Shown here: positions 1-10,530 of the stretch, piece after piece
Numbering within the stretch: the first letter of the stretch is position 1
Layout: each line of letters opens with the position of its first letter
NCBI GenBank assembly: GCA_034006945.1
Contig: JAVERV010000005.1
Coordinates: 52,244-116,243 of the forward strand
Source: Desulfobacterium sp.
Lineage (GTDB): Bacteria > Desulfobacterota > Desulfobacteria > Desulfobacterales > Desulfobacteraceae
DNA length: 64,000 nucleotides
Direction of reading: 5' to 3'
Made by a program: the position numbers and the translations under genes
The notes under the pieces: model-generated
What the model saw: only the letters and a program-made list of their open reading frames with translations
The model's database searches: none
Told to the model about the DNA's origin: nothing

Positions 1-56
1 CTTTAACAGACGCCCCGGTTCTTTTCAAGTGAAGAATGGTGTGCTACTATGTCTCT

Positions 57-587
57 AACCCCCATGTCCTTACGGACACAACGAAGCATGAAACACGATA
101 GCAGAAGGCAGGCGGGGACGGGTGTTGCCCTGAACGGGTTAAATGGCAACGGTGGACACGAGGTCCAAGGAGTTGCCATTTCCCTCGGAGCAGGCCATGG
201 ACGGCCTGCGAGAATGAGAGAAGGATAACACCCGTCCCCGTCTGCCGGTCAAAGCGAGTTTCATATAACCCCCATGTCCTGCGGACACAACGAAGCATGA
301 AACTCAATCGAGCAGGGCGGGCAATGTTATCATTCCGCACCCTTTGGTTATCCTGACCGGAACGCAAAACGTCGGGGGTCACTTTGACACTTCTTAACTG
401 TTTCGACCCTTTGGTTTTGAATGTTCCGGTCAGGAAAACCAAAGAGGGCTCTAAAGTCGAGGCTCTCACAGTGATGTTTCGGTGGGAGTTTCCTATAAAA
501 CCGGCACGGCCGGAGCGAGAGATGGCATCCGGTCACAACGAATATTGAAACTCCGCTACCTATGGCGCTTCGAAGCGAGTTATATAT
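57..587 (+). repeat. Tandem array of three modular repeat units (57-266, 267-498, 499-587), each with a conserved head ending in TGAAAC(TC), a variable cargo and a closing GAGTT(T/A)..TA
   Basis: TAACCCCCATGTCCT(TA/G)CGGACACAACGAAGCATGAAAC at 56-94 and 266-303. Variant head AACCGGCACGGCCGG...CACAACGAATATTGAAACTC at 499-553. Cargo inverted repeats at 107-131/222-246 and 342-363/423-444. Confidence 0.85.
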
Positions 588-634
588 AAAAAAAACCAAA
601 TTTCGAATTACTGAACGGAGATGGAGATCGTTTA

Positions 635-1906
635 ATGAAGGTACGTATTTTATCAACCGGAGATGAGATTATGTCCGGGGGGGTTGTTGACACCAACTCT
701 TCTTTTCTTGCCGCAGCTCTTTTGAGTCTTGGGTTAAGCGTTGACCGGTTTGTTGCAATTGGCGATGATCCCAGGACCATGGGGCGAACAATTTCCGAGA
801 TGGCCCGGGGGACCGATTTTCTCATTGTCACGGGGGGATTGGGACCCACCGGCGATGACATGACAGCAGAGGCTGCCGCAGGGGCTTTGAAGGTCAAAAC
901 CGTTCTCAACAATGAGGCCCTTGACCTCATCAAGGCTTTTTTTGCCAGAAAGGGGTGGACCATGAGCCAGTCAAACCAGAAGCAGGCAATGCTCCCCGAA
1001 GGTTCCCGGGTCATCGATAACAGGGTTGGCACGGCTCCAGGGTTTTCTCTTTCTATTTCAGGCTGCCAATGTTTTTTCCTGCCCGGGGTACCCCAGGAGA
1101 TGAAGAAGATGGCAGGCGAGTTTGTACTGCCCTGGATTCAGCAGCATGCCGGACTCTCCCCGGATCGGAATCCCATGGATCTCACCCCGAAAACCATTAC
1201 GGTGTTTGGCCTGCCCGAATCTGAGGTGGGTGAACGGTTAAAGGATCTTCCCAGGCTGTTTCCGGGGGTAAGACCGGGGTTCAGGGCGGATTTCCCCCTG
1301 ATCCAGGTAAAGCTTTATCCTGAGCCGGGAAGGGGTGTGGAAGGTGAAAAGGCCTTTGACCAAGCCAAATCATTTGTTGTGGACACCCTTGGTCACAGGG
1401 TGGTCTCCCGGGATGGCCTTACCATGCAGGAGGAGGTGGGCAGGCTTCTTGGTCAACAAAAGGCTACCCTGGCCCTTGCCGAAAGTTGTACCGGTGGCCT
1501 TGTGGCAAGCATGCTCACGGATGTTGCCGGAAGTTCCGACTATTTTCTCTTCTCCGGAGTCACCTACTCAAACGATGCCAAGGTCCGTGTTCTGGGCGTA
1601 AGTCAGGCAACCATTGACAGGCACGGGGCTGTATCAGAAGAGACTGCAGGGGCGATGGCAGAGGGGGTCAGGCGTTTGACCAACGCCACCTATGGCGTCT
1701 CAACCTCGGGCATTGCAGGCCCGGGTGGAGCAACTCCCGGGAAACCCGTGGGAACGGTTTGTATCGGCGTTGCAGGGCCTGACTTTTGTGCTACAAGGCG
1801 TTATGTTTTTTCCTTTGAGGATCGAACTTTGAACAAGCAGATGTTTGCCGTACGGGCACTTGGTGATCTCAGGTATAGGATGCTCAAGGAAACAGGCAAC
1901 GTTTGA
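635..1906 (+). CDS. cinA: CinA family protein (MocF-like domain plus PncC NMN deamidase)
   Basis: GDEIMSG..DTN, TGGLGPTGDD and C-terminal AESCTGG, SGIAGPGG motifs. Confidence 0.93.
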   Translation: MKVRILSTGDEIMSGGVVDTNSSFLAAALLSLGLSVDRFVAIGDDPRTMGRTISEMARGTDFLIVTGGLGPTGDDMTAEAAAGALKVKTVLNNEALDLIKAFFARKGWTMSQSNQKQAMLPEGSRVIDNRVGTAPGFSLSISGCQCFFLPGVPQEMKKMAGEFVLPWIQQHAGLSPDRNPMDLTPKTITVFGLPESEVGERLKDLPRLFPGVRPGFRADFPLIQVKLYPEPGRGVEGEKAFDQAKSFVVDTLGHRVVSRDGLTMQEEVGRLLGQQKATLALAESCTGGLVASMLTDVAGSSDYFLFSGVTYSNDAKVRVLGVSQATIDRHGAVSEETAGAMAEGVRRLTNATYGVSTSGIAGPGGATPGKPVGTVCIGVAGPDFCATRRYVFSFEDRTLNKQMFAVRALGDLRYRMLKETGNV

Positions 1907-2624
1907 ACCAGCTGGCCGTTTTCCGGGCAAAGTCTTGCTGGTGATCCTTATCGGACATTCTGTGCCCGCCATTGGCATGGATAACAAGCTCTTTTGGATC
2001 CTGGGCAAGGTCAAAGAGCATCTGGGCGTTTTCAACGGGAACCACCTCGTCCTTTGAGCCGTGGAAGATAAGAAGGTTGTGAACCTTTGCCGCAGATCCG
2101 GTGATATCAAAGAGCAGATTTTGTTGGAAAAACTCAAAGGGCAGGGCAGGGCGGTGGTCATTTCCCTCAAAGGGGATGGCTTTTATGGTACGACTTATGA
2201 TCGGGGCCGCACACACCACTGCCCCCATTGGGGAAATGCCCTGGGATTCAAGACGGGACCAGGCCTCGATGGCCGTAGCACCCCCAAGGCTGCTGCCAAA
2301 GAGGGCGAAACGGTCACCTGTGAGGCCAAGGGTGAGAACATGGGTGGTTGCAGCCACCAGATCCCGTACCCTTATGTCAAGGGAGGTGTCGTTTTGAAAC
2401 CGACCCTGGCTTTTGCCGCATCCCCTGTGGTCAAACCGTAAGAATGCAATGCCAAGGTCTGGCAAAAATTTGGCAAGAAACTGCTGCTTTGCTGAATCCA
2501 TGCTCCCTTCGAGCCCATGGGACCCTATTACAAAGGGTGGGTTCGGGGTGCCTGGAAGGTGGAGGAGACCGCTGAGGGTCATGTTATCGCAGGTAAAATT
2601 CACCTGTTCTGATCGCATATTCAT
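1884..2624 (-). CDS. Alpha/beta-fold hydrolase
   Basis: HG, RFDHRGCGKSQG, nucleophile GSSLGG, HGSKDEVVP and a C-terminal His. Start placed at MNMRSEQ (2624; alternative 2618). Overlaps the 3' end of cinA convergently. Confidence 0.85.
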   Translation of the reverse strand: MNMRSEQVNFTCDNMTLSGLLHLPGTPNPPFVIGSHGLEGSMDSAKQQFLAKFLPDLGIAFLRFDHRGCGKSQGRFQNDTSLDIRVRDLVAATTHVLTLGLTGDRFALFGSSLGGATAIEAWSRLESQGISPMGAVVCAAPIISRTIKAIPFEGNDHRPALPFEFFQQNLLFDITGSAAKVHNLLIFHGSKDEVVPVENAQMLFDLAQDPKELVIHANGGHRMSDKDHQQDFARKTASWFKRCLFP

Positions 2625-2688
2625 GCTTGTTTTTATTGCACAAAAAATGTATTGTATCAAGTTTATTTTAATACCAAACAGGAAACCT

Positions 2689-4077
2689 ATGAAATTACAA
2701 AAGAAAAAACCGGTTGAACTTGAAATCATTGATCTTGCCTTTGGAGGTAAAGGTCTTGCCAAACCCGACGGCTACCCTATATTTGTGGATCGCACCGTAC
2801 CCGGGGATACAATCATTGCAAGGATCACCAGGAAAAAGAAAAGTTTTGCAGAGGCCCGGCTGGTGTCAATAGAAAAACCTTCCCCGCTCAGGAAGGTCCC
2901 TACCTGCAAGTATGCGGATCATTGTGGAGGATGCCGGTGGCAGACCCTTGGCTATGGGACCCAGCTTGAGTATAAACAGCGCCACGTGATTGAATCCCTG
3001 GAGCACATCGGTCTTTTAAAGGGAATTGAGGTGCTGCCGGTTATTTCTTCCAAAAAGATTTTCGAATTCAGAAACAAGATGGAATTTTCCTGCACCACCA
3101 ACCGCTGGCTTATGCCGGAAGAGCTTGAAAATCCAGACATTAAAAAGGGGTTCGGCCTGGGTCTCCACGTTCCCGGCACCTTTGACCGCATCCTTGACAT
3201 TGACCGCTGCCTTATTCAGCCCGACATGGGCAACGAGATAATGGAGCATGTAAGGCGCTATATCCTGGCATCCGGGGTTCCGGCCTACGGCCTTCGATCC
3301 CACGAGGGATTCTGGCGCTTTCTAATGCTCAGAAGCTCGTCGGCCTTTAAAACCTGGATGGTCAATATCGTGACAAAAGAGGAGAACGATGCCCTTCTCA
3401 TTCCCCTTGCACAAACTCTTAAAAAGACCTTTCCCTCCATCGTCTCAATCGTAAATAATGTTACGGCCAAAAAGGCCGGTATTGCAACCGGGGAGTATGA
3501 AAACCTCCTCCTGGGGGAACGATTTATCCGGGAAAAACTCGGCAGATTCACCTTTGAAATTTCAGCCAACAGTTTTTTCCAGACCAACACCACTGGGGCG
3601 GAACAGCTCTATTCCCTGGTCTCTGAATATGCAGATCTCAAGGGCTATGAAACTGTTGTAGATCTTTATTCGGGCACAGGGACTATCCCCATCTGGCTAT
3701 CCGACCGGGCAAAAAAAGTTGTGGGTATAGAAATTGTTGAGAGCGCTGTAATTGATGCCAGGAAAAATGCAACCCTGAATGACATTAAAAATTGTGAGTT
3801 CTTCGTTGGGGACATAAAAGATGTGCTGCCCGGCCTCGACGCCAGCTGTGATGTGATGATCATTGATCCTCCAAGGGTAGGGATGCACAAGGATGTGGTT
3901 GCCCAGGTCCTCTCCATTGCGCCTCCCAGGATCATTTATGTCTCGTGTAACCCTGCAACCCTTGCCAGGGATCTTGGTATGCTTAAAGAGCGTTATCGAG
4001 TGGTCAAGGTTCAGCCTGTGGATATGTTTCCCCACACCTTTCACATAGAATCTGTTGCTTTGCTTGAAGCTTTATAG
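2689..4077 (+). CDS. rlmD: 23S rRNA m5U1939 methyltransferase (TRAM domain, Fe-S cysteines)
   Basis: C..ADHCGGC, RNKMEF, SFFQTN, DLYSGTG, DPPR, YVSCNP, DMFPHT.H.E. Start at ATG 2689 after AGGAAA. Confidence 0.92.
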   Translation: MKLQKKKPVELEIIDLAFGGKGLAKPDGYPIFVDRTVPGDTIIARITRKKKSFAEARLVSIEKPSPLRKVPTCKYADHCGGCRWQTLGYGTQLEYKQRHVIESLEHIGLLKGIEVLPVISSKKIFEFRNKMEFSCTTNRWLMPEELENPDIKKGFGLGLHVPGTFDRILDIDRCLIQPDMGNEIMEHVRRYILASGVPAYGLRSHEGFWRFLMLRSSSAFKTWMVNIVTKEENDALLIPLAQTLKKTFPSIVSIVNNVTAKKAGIATGEYENLLLGERFIREKLGRFTFEISANSFFQTNTTGAEQLYSLVSEYADLKGYETVVDLYSGTGTIPIWLSDRAKKVVGIEIVESAVIDARKNATLNDIKNCEFFVGDIKDVLPGLDASCDVMIIDPPRVGMHKDVVAQVLSIAPPRIIYVSCNPATLARDLGMLKERYRVVKVQPVDMFPHTFHIESVALLEAL

Positions 4078-4164
4078 CTATCCCTTGATTTCTTTTTGTC
4101 TGGAAGGTATGAAACTCTGTAACAGAGTGCTTTTTTAAATGTTTTATGCTGGGAGAAAGAGGAT

Positions 4165-5058
4165 ATGAAACAAACAACTTTTAGAGTTCTGCTGGCCTAT
4201 GACGGCTCTGAACTTGCCATTGATGCGACTCGATACGTGGGCATGGTTTTTCCGCCTGACAATACAGAGGTGGTTGTCTTCTACGTGGAGAGCAAGATTC
4301 CCCGTTCTTTCTGGGAGATGGAAAAGGATCTGGATTTCAGGTTTAAAACCCCGGAAATAAGGGCAAGTATGACCGAACGGTACAGGCTTGTAAAAGAATG
4401 TGTGGGAAAGGCCAGGGAGATCCTTGAAAGCCAGGGATTTGCACCTGAATCCATTGTCACCAAGATTCACACCAAGGAGCAGGGTGTGGTGCGCGATATC
4501 ATTCAGGAATCCCGCCAGGGGTATGATGCTGTCGTGGTAGGTCGCAAGGGTTTTTCACGACTCAAGGATCTCCTGCTTGGATCTGTGCCCATAAAACTTC
4601 TTGGAAAGATCAAGAGTATTCCCCTTATCGTTGTGGGAGGTATTCCAAGACATAAGAATGTTTTGATCGCCTTTGACGGCACCCGTGAGGTGGTCGAAGC
4701 TGTTCGCGTGATGAGTCGTCTCATCAACACTCAGGGATATAAGCTGCTTCTCTGCCACGCATCAAAAACAGCCGCTGACCTGGAGGATAAACAGGTCCTG
4801 AAAGACAATGAGTTTTTCAAGCCGTCTGTGGAGTGCCTCACAAATGCAGGGTTTACCGAGAATCAGCTTACCTGTGAGCTTATTTCAATTGACGGGGATC
4901 TCACCGAGAACATTGTTAAAAGAGCCCGGGAAGGAGGTTATGAAAGTATCGTCATTGGTCGGCGAAATCTTACCTTTTTGGAGCAGTTTTTCCATGGCAG
5001 GGTAGGGGGTAAGATCTTCCAGGCTGCCGGGAACCAGGTGATCTGGGTCGTGCAGTAG
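4165..5058 (+). CDS. Tandem universal stress protein (two Usp domains)
   Basis: VLLAYDGS...VVVGRKG...LLGSV and a second NVLIAFDG...IVIGRR domain. Confidence 0.88.
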   Translation: MKQTTFRVLLAYDGSELAIDATRYVGMVFPPDNTEVVVFYVESKIPRSFWEMEKDLDFRFKTPEIRASMTERYRLVKECVGKAREILESQGFAPESIVTKIHTKEQGVVRDIIQESRQGYDAVVVGRKGFSRLKDLLLGSVPIKLLGKIKSIPLIVVGGIPRHKNVLIAFDGTREVVEAVRVMSRLINTQGYKLLLCHASKTAADLEDKQVLKDNEFFKPSVECLTNAGFTENQLTCELISIDGDLTENIVKRAREGGYESIVIGRRNLTFLEQFFHGRVGGKIFQAAGNQVIWVVQ

Positions 5059-5175
5059 AGTTCAGTAGGCAGTCAGGTGAAGATCAGCTTGACACTCGTT
5101 CCCATTGCTGGTAAGCAAACTACTTCTTTGTTAACCTATCGACAGATGTAATATCTGGTGGAGCGAGTAAAAATT

Positions 5176-6543
5176 ATGGGCCTTTTCAGTTCAAAAGAGT
5201 ACCCTGGAAGGGGGAGTTTCCCCCATGGAATACACCCTCCCGGAAATAAATTTTATTCTTCTGAAGCGCAGGTCGAAGTAATTCCAGTTTCCGACAAGGT
5301 TGTTCTTCCACTTTTGCAGCATATCGGCGCACCGTGTGAACCTATTGTAAAACCACGGCAGAAGGTTGTCTGTGGTGAGATGGTCGGTGAGGGACAGGCC
5401 TTTGTCTCTGCCTCCCTTCATTCCCCGGTTGCAGGTATTGTCAAAAAAATAGGTGTGGTAACCCTTCCCAACGGCCGTCGTCTTCCGGCCATTGAAATCA
5501 AAACCGAAGGAGAACAAACACCTTGCAACGTCCTGTGGGATGAACTTACCACCACGGACTGGTCCCTTTCCACCATACCCGACTTCTCGCCGGACGAGAT
5601 TGCACGCCTGATCCACGCCGCAGGGATTGTCGGATTAGGAGGAGCAGCCTTTCCCACCCACGTAAAGGTGATGCCCAACGAGAGACGCTTAATAGACACC
5701 CTGCTTGTTAACGGGTGTGAGTGTGAGCCTTACCTTACCTGCGATTATCGTCTCATGCTAGAGGCACCCCACGCCATTGTTGCGGGCGCGCTGCTGGCGG
5801 GAAGAGCTGTTTCTGCAAAGGAAATTTACATCTGCATCGAGGACAACAAGCCCGAGGCCATAGAGACTCTGAGACTTGCCACCCGAAACACCGTGGTCGA
5901 GGTAGCCGTTGTACAGACAAAGTATCCCCAGGGAAGTGAAAAACAGCTGGTAAGAGCGGTCCTTGACCTTGACGTACCCCTTGGAGGGCTTCCTTCGGAC
6001 GTGGGGGTAGCCATGAGCAACGTCGGCACCATGGCTGCGGTTGCACGGGCCGTCATCAAACGGGGCCCCCTGACCCACAGGGTTGTCAGCATTACCGGCG
6101 GCGGGGTTGTTACTCCAAAAAATCTCTTTGTCCCCATCGGCATCTCCACGGGTGAACTAATTGATTATTGCGGCGGCCTGACCCAGGATGCCGAAAGAAT
6201 AATTGCCGGCGGACCCATGATGGGATTTGCCTTTTCAGACCTTACAACCCCCGTGACCAAGGGAACAAGCGGCATAACCATACTCTCCCATGCTGAAACT
6301 GCAAAGGGCGAGGAAACAGCCTGTGTGCGCTGCGGACGCTGCGTAGATGCCTGCCCCATGAATCTCGTTCCCACTCGTCTTGCCATGGCGGCGCGCTACA
6401 AAAACACAGCCCTTGCCCGCCGGTATAATATCAATGCATGTTTTGAATGCGGCAGCTGTACCTATGTCTGTCCCGCCAAAATTAAGCTTGTCCAGCTGAT
6501 TCGTACAGGAAAGGCCCAGGTAGCGGCAACAATGAAAAGATAA
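5176..6543 (+). CDS. rnfC: Rnf complex subunit C
   Basis: QHIGAP, GLGGAAFPT, NGCECEPYLT, KYPQGSEKQL, GGPMMG and two 4Fe-4S motifs. Confidence 0.95.
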   Translation: MGLFSSKEYPGRGSFPHGIHPPGNKFYSSEAQVEVIPVSDKVVLPLLQHIGAPCEPIVKPRQKVVCGEMVGEGQAFVSASLHSPVAGIVKKIGVVTLPNGRRLPAIEIKTEGEQTPCNVLWDELTTTDWSLSTIPDFSPDEIARLIHAAGIVGLGGAAFPTHVKVMPNERRLIDTLLVNGCECEPYLTCDYRLMLEAPHAIVAGALLAGRAVSAKEIYICIEDNKPEAIETLRLATRNTVVEVAVVQTKYPQGSEKQLVRAVLDLDVPLGGLPSDVGVAMSNVGTMAAVARAVIKRGPLTHRVVSITGGGVVTPKNLFVPIGISTGELIDYCGGLTQDAERIIAGGPMMGFAFSDLTTPVTKGTSGITILSHAETAKGEETACVRCGRCVDACPMNLVPTRLAMAARYKNTALARRYNINACFECGSCTYVCPAKIKLVQLIRTGKAQVAATMKR

Positions 6544-6555
6544 GGAGCCAGATCA

Positions 6556-7542
6556 TTGTCAAACTTAAGTGAAACAACGGAAGCAGCGGCCCAGGGTGCA
6601 ACCCTTAATGTGGCTCCTTCTCCCCACGTATCCGACAACACCTTTACCACACGACGGATGATGACCGATGTTCTTATCGGGCTCACCCCCCTTATGGCGA
6701 TGTCGGTGTTCATGTTCAGGTGGCTGGCGGTTCAGCAGATAGCCGTCTGCGTTGTCACCTGCCTTGCGGCCGAGGCGATCTTTGTTCTGATGCGCGGCAA
6801 AAGAATCACCCTCATGGATTGTTCGGCAGCGGTCACGGGAATTATCCTGGCCCTCTCCCTTCCCGCCACGGCCCCCTGGTTTGTGGGGGCCCTTGCCTCG
6901 GTTGTCGCCATGGGTATCGGCAAGATCTTGTTTGGAGGGCTTGGCATGAATATCTTTAACCCGGCAATGGTTGGAAGGGCCTTTGTCATGATCGCCTTTG
7001 CAAGCATGATGGGTGCCGGGGCCTATGAGAATCCAGGGTCAGCAATTGATGCTCTTTCCCAGGCAACACCTCTCAACCTCCTCAAGGGCAGTGGCATTAC
7101 CACATCGATCTTTGATCTGTTCTTCGGGTTTACCAATGGCTCCCTTGGCGAGACAAGCGCTTTTGCCGCCATCATCGGCGGTGTTTTTTTATGCCTGAGA
7201 CGCACGGCCTCCTGGGAGATCCCGGCGGGGGTTCTTGCCTGTGTGGCACTACTTGCCGGTCTTGCCGATCTTTCAGCCGGAGCTGGCGGCCATCTTTTTC
7301 TCCATCACATCTTTGGGGGTGCCCTCTTGTTCGGTGCCTTTTTCATTGCCACAGACCCTGTAACTTCTCCGCTGACCCCAAGGGGTAAGTTTATCTTTGG
7401 TGCCGGCACAGGGGCCTTTATCATGATCATCAGGCTGTTCAGCGGATATCCCGAAGGAGTTATGTTTGCCATCCTTCTCATGAACGCCGTGACCCCCCTC
7501 ATTAACCGGTGGACAATTCCACGTCCCTTGGGAGATGCCTGA
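6556..7542 (+). CDS. rnfD: Rnf complex subunit D
   Basis: SPH, FGGLGMNIFNPAMVGR, FMN site SQATPL, ATDPVTSP; TTG start. Confidence 0.95.
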   Translation: MSNLSETTEAAAQGATLNVAPSPHVSDNTFTTRRMMTDVLIGLTPLMAMSVFMFRWLAVQQIAVCVVTCLAAEAIFVLMRGKRITLMDCSAAVTGIILALSLPATAPWFVGALASVVAMGIGKILFGGLGMNIFNPAMVGRAFVMIAFASMMGAGAYENPGSAIDALSQATPLNLLKGSGITTSIFDLFFGFTNGSLGETSAFAAIIGGVFLCLRRTASWEIPAGVLACVALLAGLADLSAGAGGHLFLHHIFGGALLFGAFFIATDPVTSPLTPRGKFIFGAGTGAFIMIIRLFSGYPEGVMFAILLMNAVTPLINRWTIPRPLGDA

Positions 7543-8197
7543 TATGAAATCTATTTTTGAAACCAACCTTGGTCAGGCCTGGCTTGTGCTGCTTCTGGCA
7601 ATAATATTCGGCTCGTCCCTTGCCGGGGTCCAGGCAGCCCTTGGCCCTAAAATCGAAGAAAACAAATTAAAAGAAACCCTGGAAAAGGTGCCGATTGTAA
7701 TTCTTGGCCAGACAGCAGCAGACGAGCTTAAGTCCAAAGATCAGCACCTTACAATCACACCCAACACCGTTTCGGTCGCTAGGCAGGGGGTGACAAAGTT
7801 TTACACCCTGTACCGGGCCGACTTTGCTGACGGCACCACGGCGGGATGGGTGGCCAAGACCAAGGGTCAGGGCTATGCCGACAGGATAGAACTTCTGGTG
7901 GGCATGGATCAAGATGGTGGAAGGGTTACAGGGCTCTTTATCCTGGACCAGAAGGAGACTCCTGGACTTGGCAACAAGATAGTCGAGGATGCCTGGCGCG
8001 CACAGTATAGCGACAAGTCCACTTCCACGCCTTTTACCGTTGTCAAGCTCCCCAGGGGCGGAGAGAATGAGATCGACGCCATCTCAGGTGCCACCATCTC
8101 TTCTGATGCCGTGACAAACTTGGTAAACCAGGCGGTTTCAGACCTGAAACACCGGGTGGCCGAACTAAAAACATCCGAACCAGAGGGGGCCAACTAA
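7535..8197 (+). CDS. rnfG: Rnf complex subunit G
   Basis: GY, ETPGLG, FMN site IDAISGATISS. Confidence 0.93.
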   Translation: MPDMKSIFETNLGQAWLVLLLAIIFGSSLAGVQAALGPKIEENKLKETLEKVPIVILGQTAADELKSKDQHLTITPNTVSVARQGVTKFYTLYRADFADGTTAGWVAKTKGQGYADRIELLVGMDQDGGRVTGLFILDQKETPGLGNKIVEDAWRAQYSDKSTSTPFTVVKLPRGGENEIDAISGATISSDAVTNLVNQAVSDLKHRVAELKTSEPEGAN

Positions 8198-8814
8198 TGG
8201 CAGATCAACCCACCGCCTCCGAGCGGTTCCTGCAGGGCATCCTGCCGGAAAACCCAGTTTATCGTCAGCTCCTGGGACTATGTCCCACCCTTGCCGTTAC
8301 AAACGGCATGCAACCCGCCATCACCATGGCCGTATCCGTGGCTTTTGTGCTTGTGTGTGCCAACCTTGTGATCAGCCTGATCCGGAATCTCTTAAAGCCC
8401 CACCTGCGGATCGTCATTTTCACCCTGACCATTGCCACATTTGTGACTATTGCCGACAAGGTCCTTGCCGCCTATCTCTACCAGATGAGCAAAACCCTTG
8501 GACCCTATATTCCGCTCATAATTGTAAACTGCATCATCATCTGCCGGTGTGAGGTGTGCGCCTCCAAACAGTCGCCGTTCATAGCAGTGTCCGACGCCCT
8601 GGGGCAGTCCATCGGGTTCGGCCTTGCCCTTTCAAGCATTGCGGCAGTCAGGGAAATCCTTGGAACCGGCGGGCTTTTTGGGGTCCAACTTCTGCCTGCT
8701 GCCTGGCCTGACTGGGTCATCATGGTACTTCCTCCAGGGGCTTTCATCACCCTGGGACTGTTGCTAGGCTTTGTCAACTGGCTGTCCATGCGTAAAAAAG
8801 GAGGACGTATATGA
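8197..8814 (+). CDS. rnfE: Rnf complex subunit E
   Basis: [32 protein letters not shown]. Confidence 0.95.
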   Translation: MADQPTASERFLQGILPENPVYRQLLGLCPTLAVTNGMQPAITMAVSVAFVLVCANLVISLIRNLLKPHLRIVIFTLTIATFVTIADKVLAAYLYQMSKTLGPYIPLIIVNCIIICRCEVCASKQSPFIAVSDALGQSIGFGLALSSIAAVREILGTGGLFGVQLLPAAWPDWVIMVLPPGAFITLGLLLGFVNWLSMRKKGGRI

Positions 8815-9596
8815 ACTATCTTGTGGATATTATTCTGATCGCCCTCAGTGCTGCGGTTATTAACAACTTTGTACTGTATTACTTCGTGGGTATCTGCCCG
8901 TTCATCGGTGTATCAAGACGGGTGGATATGGCCTTTGGTATGGGATGTGCCGTTACCTTTGTAATCAGCATTGCAGCCTTTCTAAGCTGGACCATCACCA
9001 CCATGGTGTTGATTCCCGGCGCCCCTCTATCTTCGTTTGTCGGTGGTTTTTTCATGTCAAAAGAGGCTGCCGCAACAATTGATCTCACGGTTTTAAGCTA
9101 CATTGTCTACATTTTCTCCATCGCATCTTCCGTTCAGTTCGTAGAGATGTATGTGAGGAAATTTTTCCCGGCCCTGTACAAGTCCTTTGGTGTGTTTCTT
9201 CCTTTGATCACCACCAACTGTGCCATTCTCTTTGCCTGTCTGACCATCATGAACAACGTGGTCGGAGTCGAAAATCCGGCGGATGTCTGGGATCTAGGCC
9301 GATCGCTTATTCTGGCGCTCTTTGGCGGGATCGGCTTTACTATCGCCATTGTGATCATGTCCGGTATTCGTGAAGACCTTGACCTTTGTGATGTCCCGGA
9401 GCCGTTCAAGGGAGCTGCCATCACCCTTGTAGTCGGCGGCATTCTGGCCCTTGCCTTCATGGGCTTTACCGGAGTTGATTCAGGCTTGAAAAAGGCCATG
9501 ACCAAGACCCAGGAGACAGCCATCGTTATTTCCGCACAACCTTCTCTTCACACGGCAATGGTAGAGGAATTCAACCGGGGAGGTATGGGTAAATGA
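8811..9596 (+). CDS. rnfA: Rnf complex subunit A
   Basis: [33 protein letters not shown]. Confidence 0.93.
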   Translation: MNYLVDIILIALSAAVINNFVLYYFVGICPFIGVSRRVDMAFGMGCAVTFVISIAAFLSWTITTMVLIPGAPLSSFVGGFFMSKEAAATIDLTVLSYIVYIFSIASSVQFVEMYVRKFFPALYKSFGVFLPLITTNCAILFACLTIMNNVVGVENPADVWDLGRSLILALFGGIGFTIAIVIMSGIREDLDLCDVPEPFKGAAITLVVGGILALAFMGFTGVDSGLKKAMTKTQETAIVISAQPSLHTAMVEEFNRGGMGK

Positions 9597-10414
9597 TTGA
9601 GATAACCATAGGCATTGCCGCCGGTACGATGCTTGGCATGGCAGTGATTATGTCATACATACTCGGCTGGGCTAACAAGAAGTTCCGTGTTGAGGTGGAT
9701 CCCAGGGTTGAGTCTGTTCTCGAAGTTCTTCCCGGTGCCAACTGCGGGGGGTGCGGCTATCTTGGATGCAGTGAATATGCCGTTGCCGTAGCAACGGACA
9801 ATGCACCGGTTAATCGATGCCCGGTGGGCGGTGAGGGGTGTGCCCTTACCATTGCAGGGATCATGGGTGTTGAAGCGGGTGAAATCATTCCCCATCGTGC
9901 CATTGTTCATTGCGGGGCAAAGTGTGAGGATCGACTGGGCAGAACCGAATACAGGGGTGAACACATATGCGCCGCCGCAACCCTTGTTGCAGGAGTCCAG
10001 GGATGTACATTCGGCTGTCTTGGGTTTGGTGACTGCGTTGAGGTCTGCCAGTACGACGCCATCCATGTGAAAGACGGCCTTGCCGTTGTGGACTATGACA
10101 ACTGCATCGGGTGCGGAGCTTGCGTCAAGGCCTGCCCCAGATCCATAATTGACATGACCGACTTTCATGAACCACAGATTCCAACGGTCCTCTGTTCCAA
10201 CAGGGACAAGGGAAAGGATGTGACCTTTGTGTGTAATAAAGGTTGCATTGGCTGCAAGATCTGCGTAAAGACGGCTCCGGATTTGTTTGTGATGAACGGC
10301 AATCTTGCCGTTGCAAACCACGACGACTATCGAGAAGAGATGGGTGCCAATGCTTTGGAAGCCATCGAAAAATGCCCGAAGAACTGCATCGGGTATGTCG
10401 GTAAGAATGAGTAG
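9593..10414 (+). CDS. rnfB: Rnf complex subunit B (polyferredoxin)
   Basis: [39 protein letters not shown]. Confidence 0.94.
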   Translation: MIEITIGIAAGTMLGMAVIMSYILGWANKKFRVEVDPRVESVLEVLPGANCGGCGYLGCSEYAVAVATDNAPVNRCPVGGEGCALTIAGIMGVEAGEIIPHRAIVHCGAKCEDRLGRTEYRGEHICAAATLVAGVQGCTFGCLGFGDCVEVCQYDAIHVKDGLAVVDYDNCIGCGACVKACPRSIIDMTDFHEPQIPTVLCSNRDKGKDVTFVCNKGCIGCKICVKTAPDLFVMNGNLAVANHDDYREEMGANALEAIEKCPKNCIGYVGKNE

Positions 10415-10458
10415 GCAGCAGGCAGTAGGTAGACGTTTAAATCTTGTTGCAAACCAAT

Positions 10459-10499
10459 AAAAAGGTCGACCGTGGAAAAATTCTAAAGTCGACCTTTCT
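10459..10499. terminator. Bidirectional intrinsic terminator between convergent rnfB and the ACT gene
   Basis: AAAGGTCGAC (10461-70) pairs with GTCGACCTTT (10488-97); A/T tracts on both sides. Confidence 0.65.
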
Positions 10500-10530
10500 T
10501 ATTTGTGAGAGACTCTATACTTCTTCTCTA

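Noticed and set aside
57-587. CRISPR array interpretation (junctions read GTTTCA...TGAAAC)
   Set aside because: The repeats are 46 and 64 bp and not identical, the spacers are about 160-185 bp and self-complementary, no cas genes are in the window, and copies are dispersed elsewhere
57-587. Integron attC cassette array or hammerhead ribozyme
   Set aside because: No RYYYAAC/GTTRRRY boxes bounding the hairpins, no cassette ORFs or integrase, and no CTGANGA core
47-656. ORFs 47-469 and 348-656
   Set aside because: They run through the repeat array and have no recognisable protein motifs
2413-2762. Long overlapping N-termini of rlmD and the hydrolase
   Set aside because: Artefact of longest-ORF calling; plausible starts at 2689 and 2624 leave a normal divergent gap
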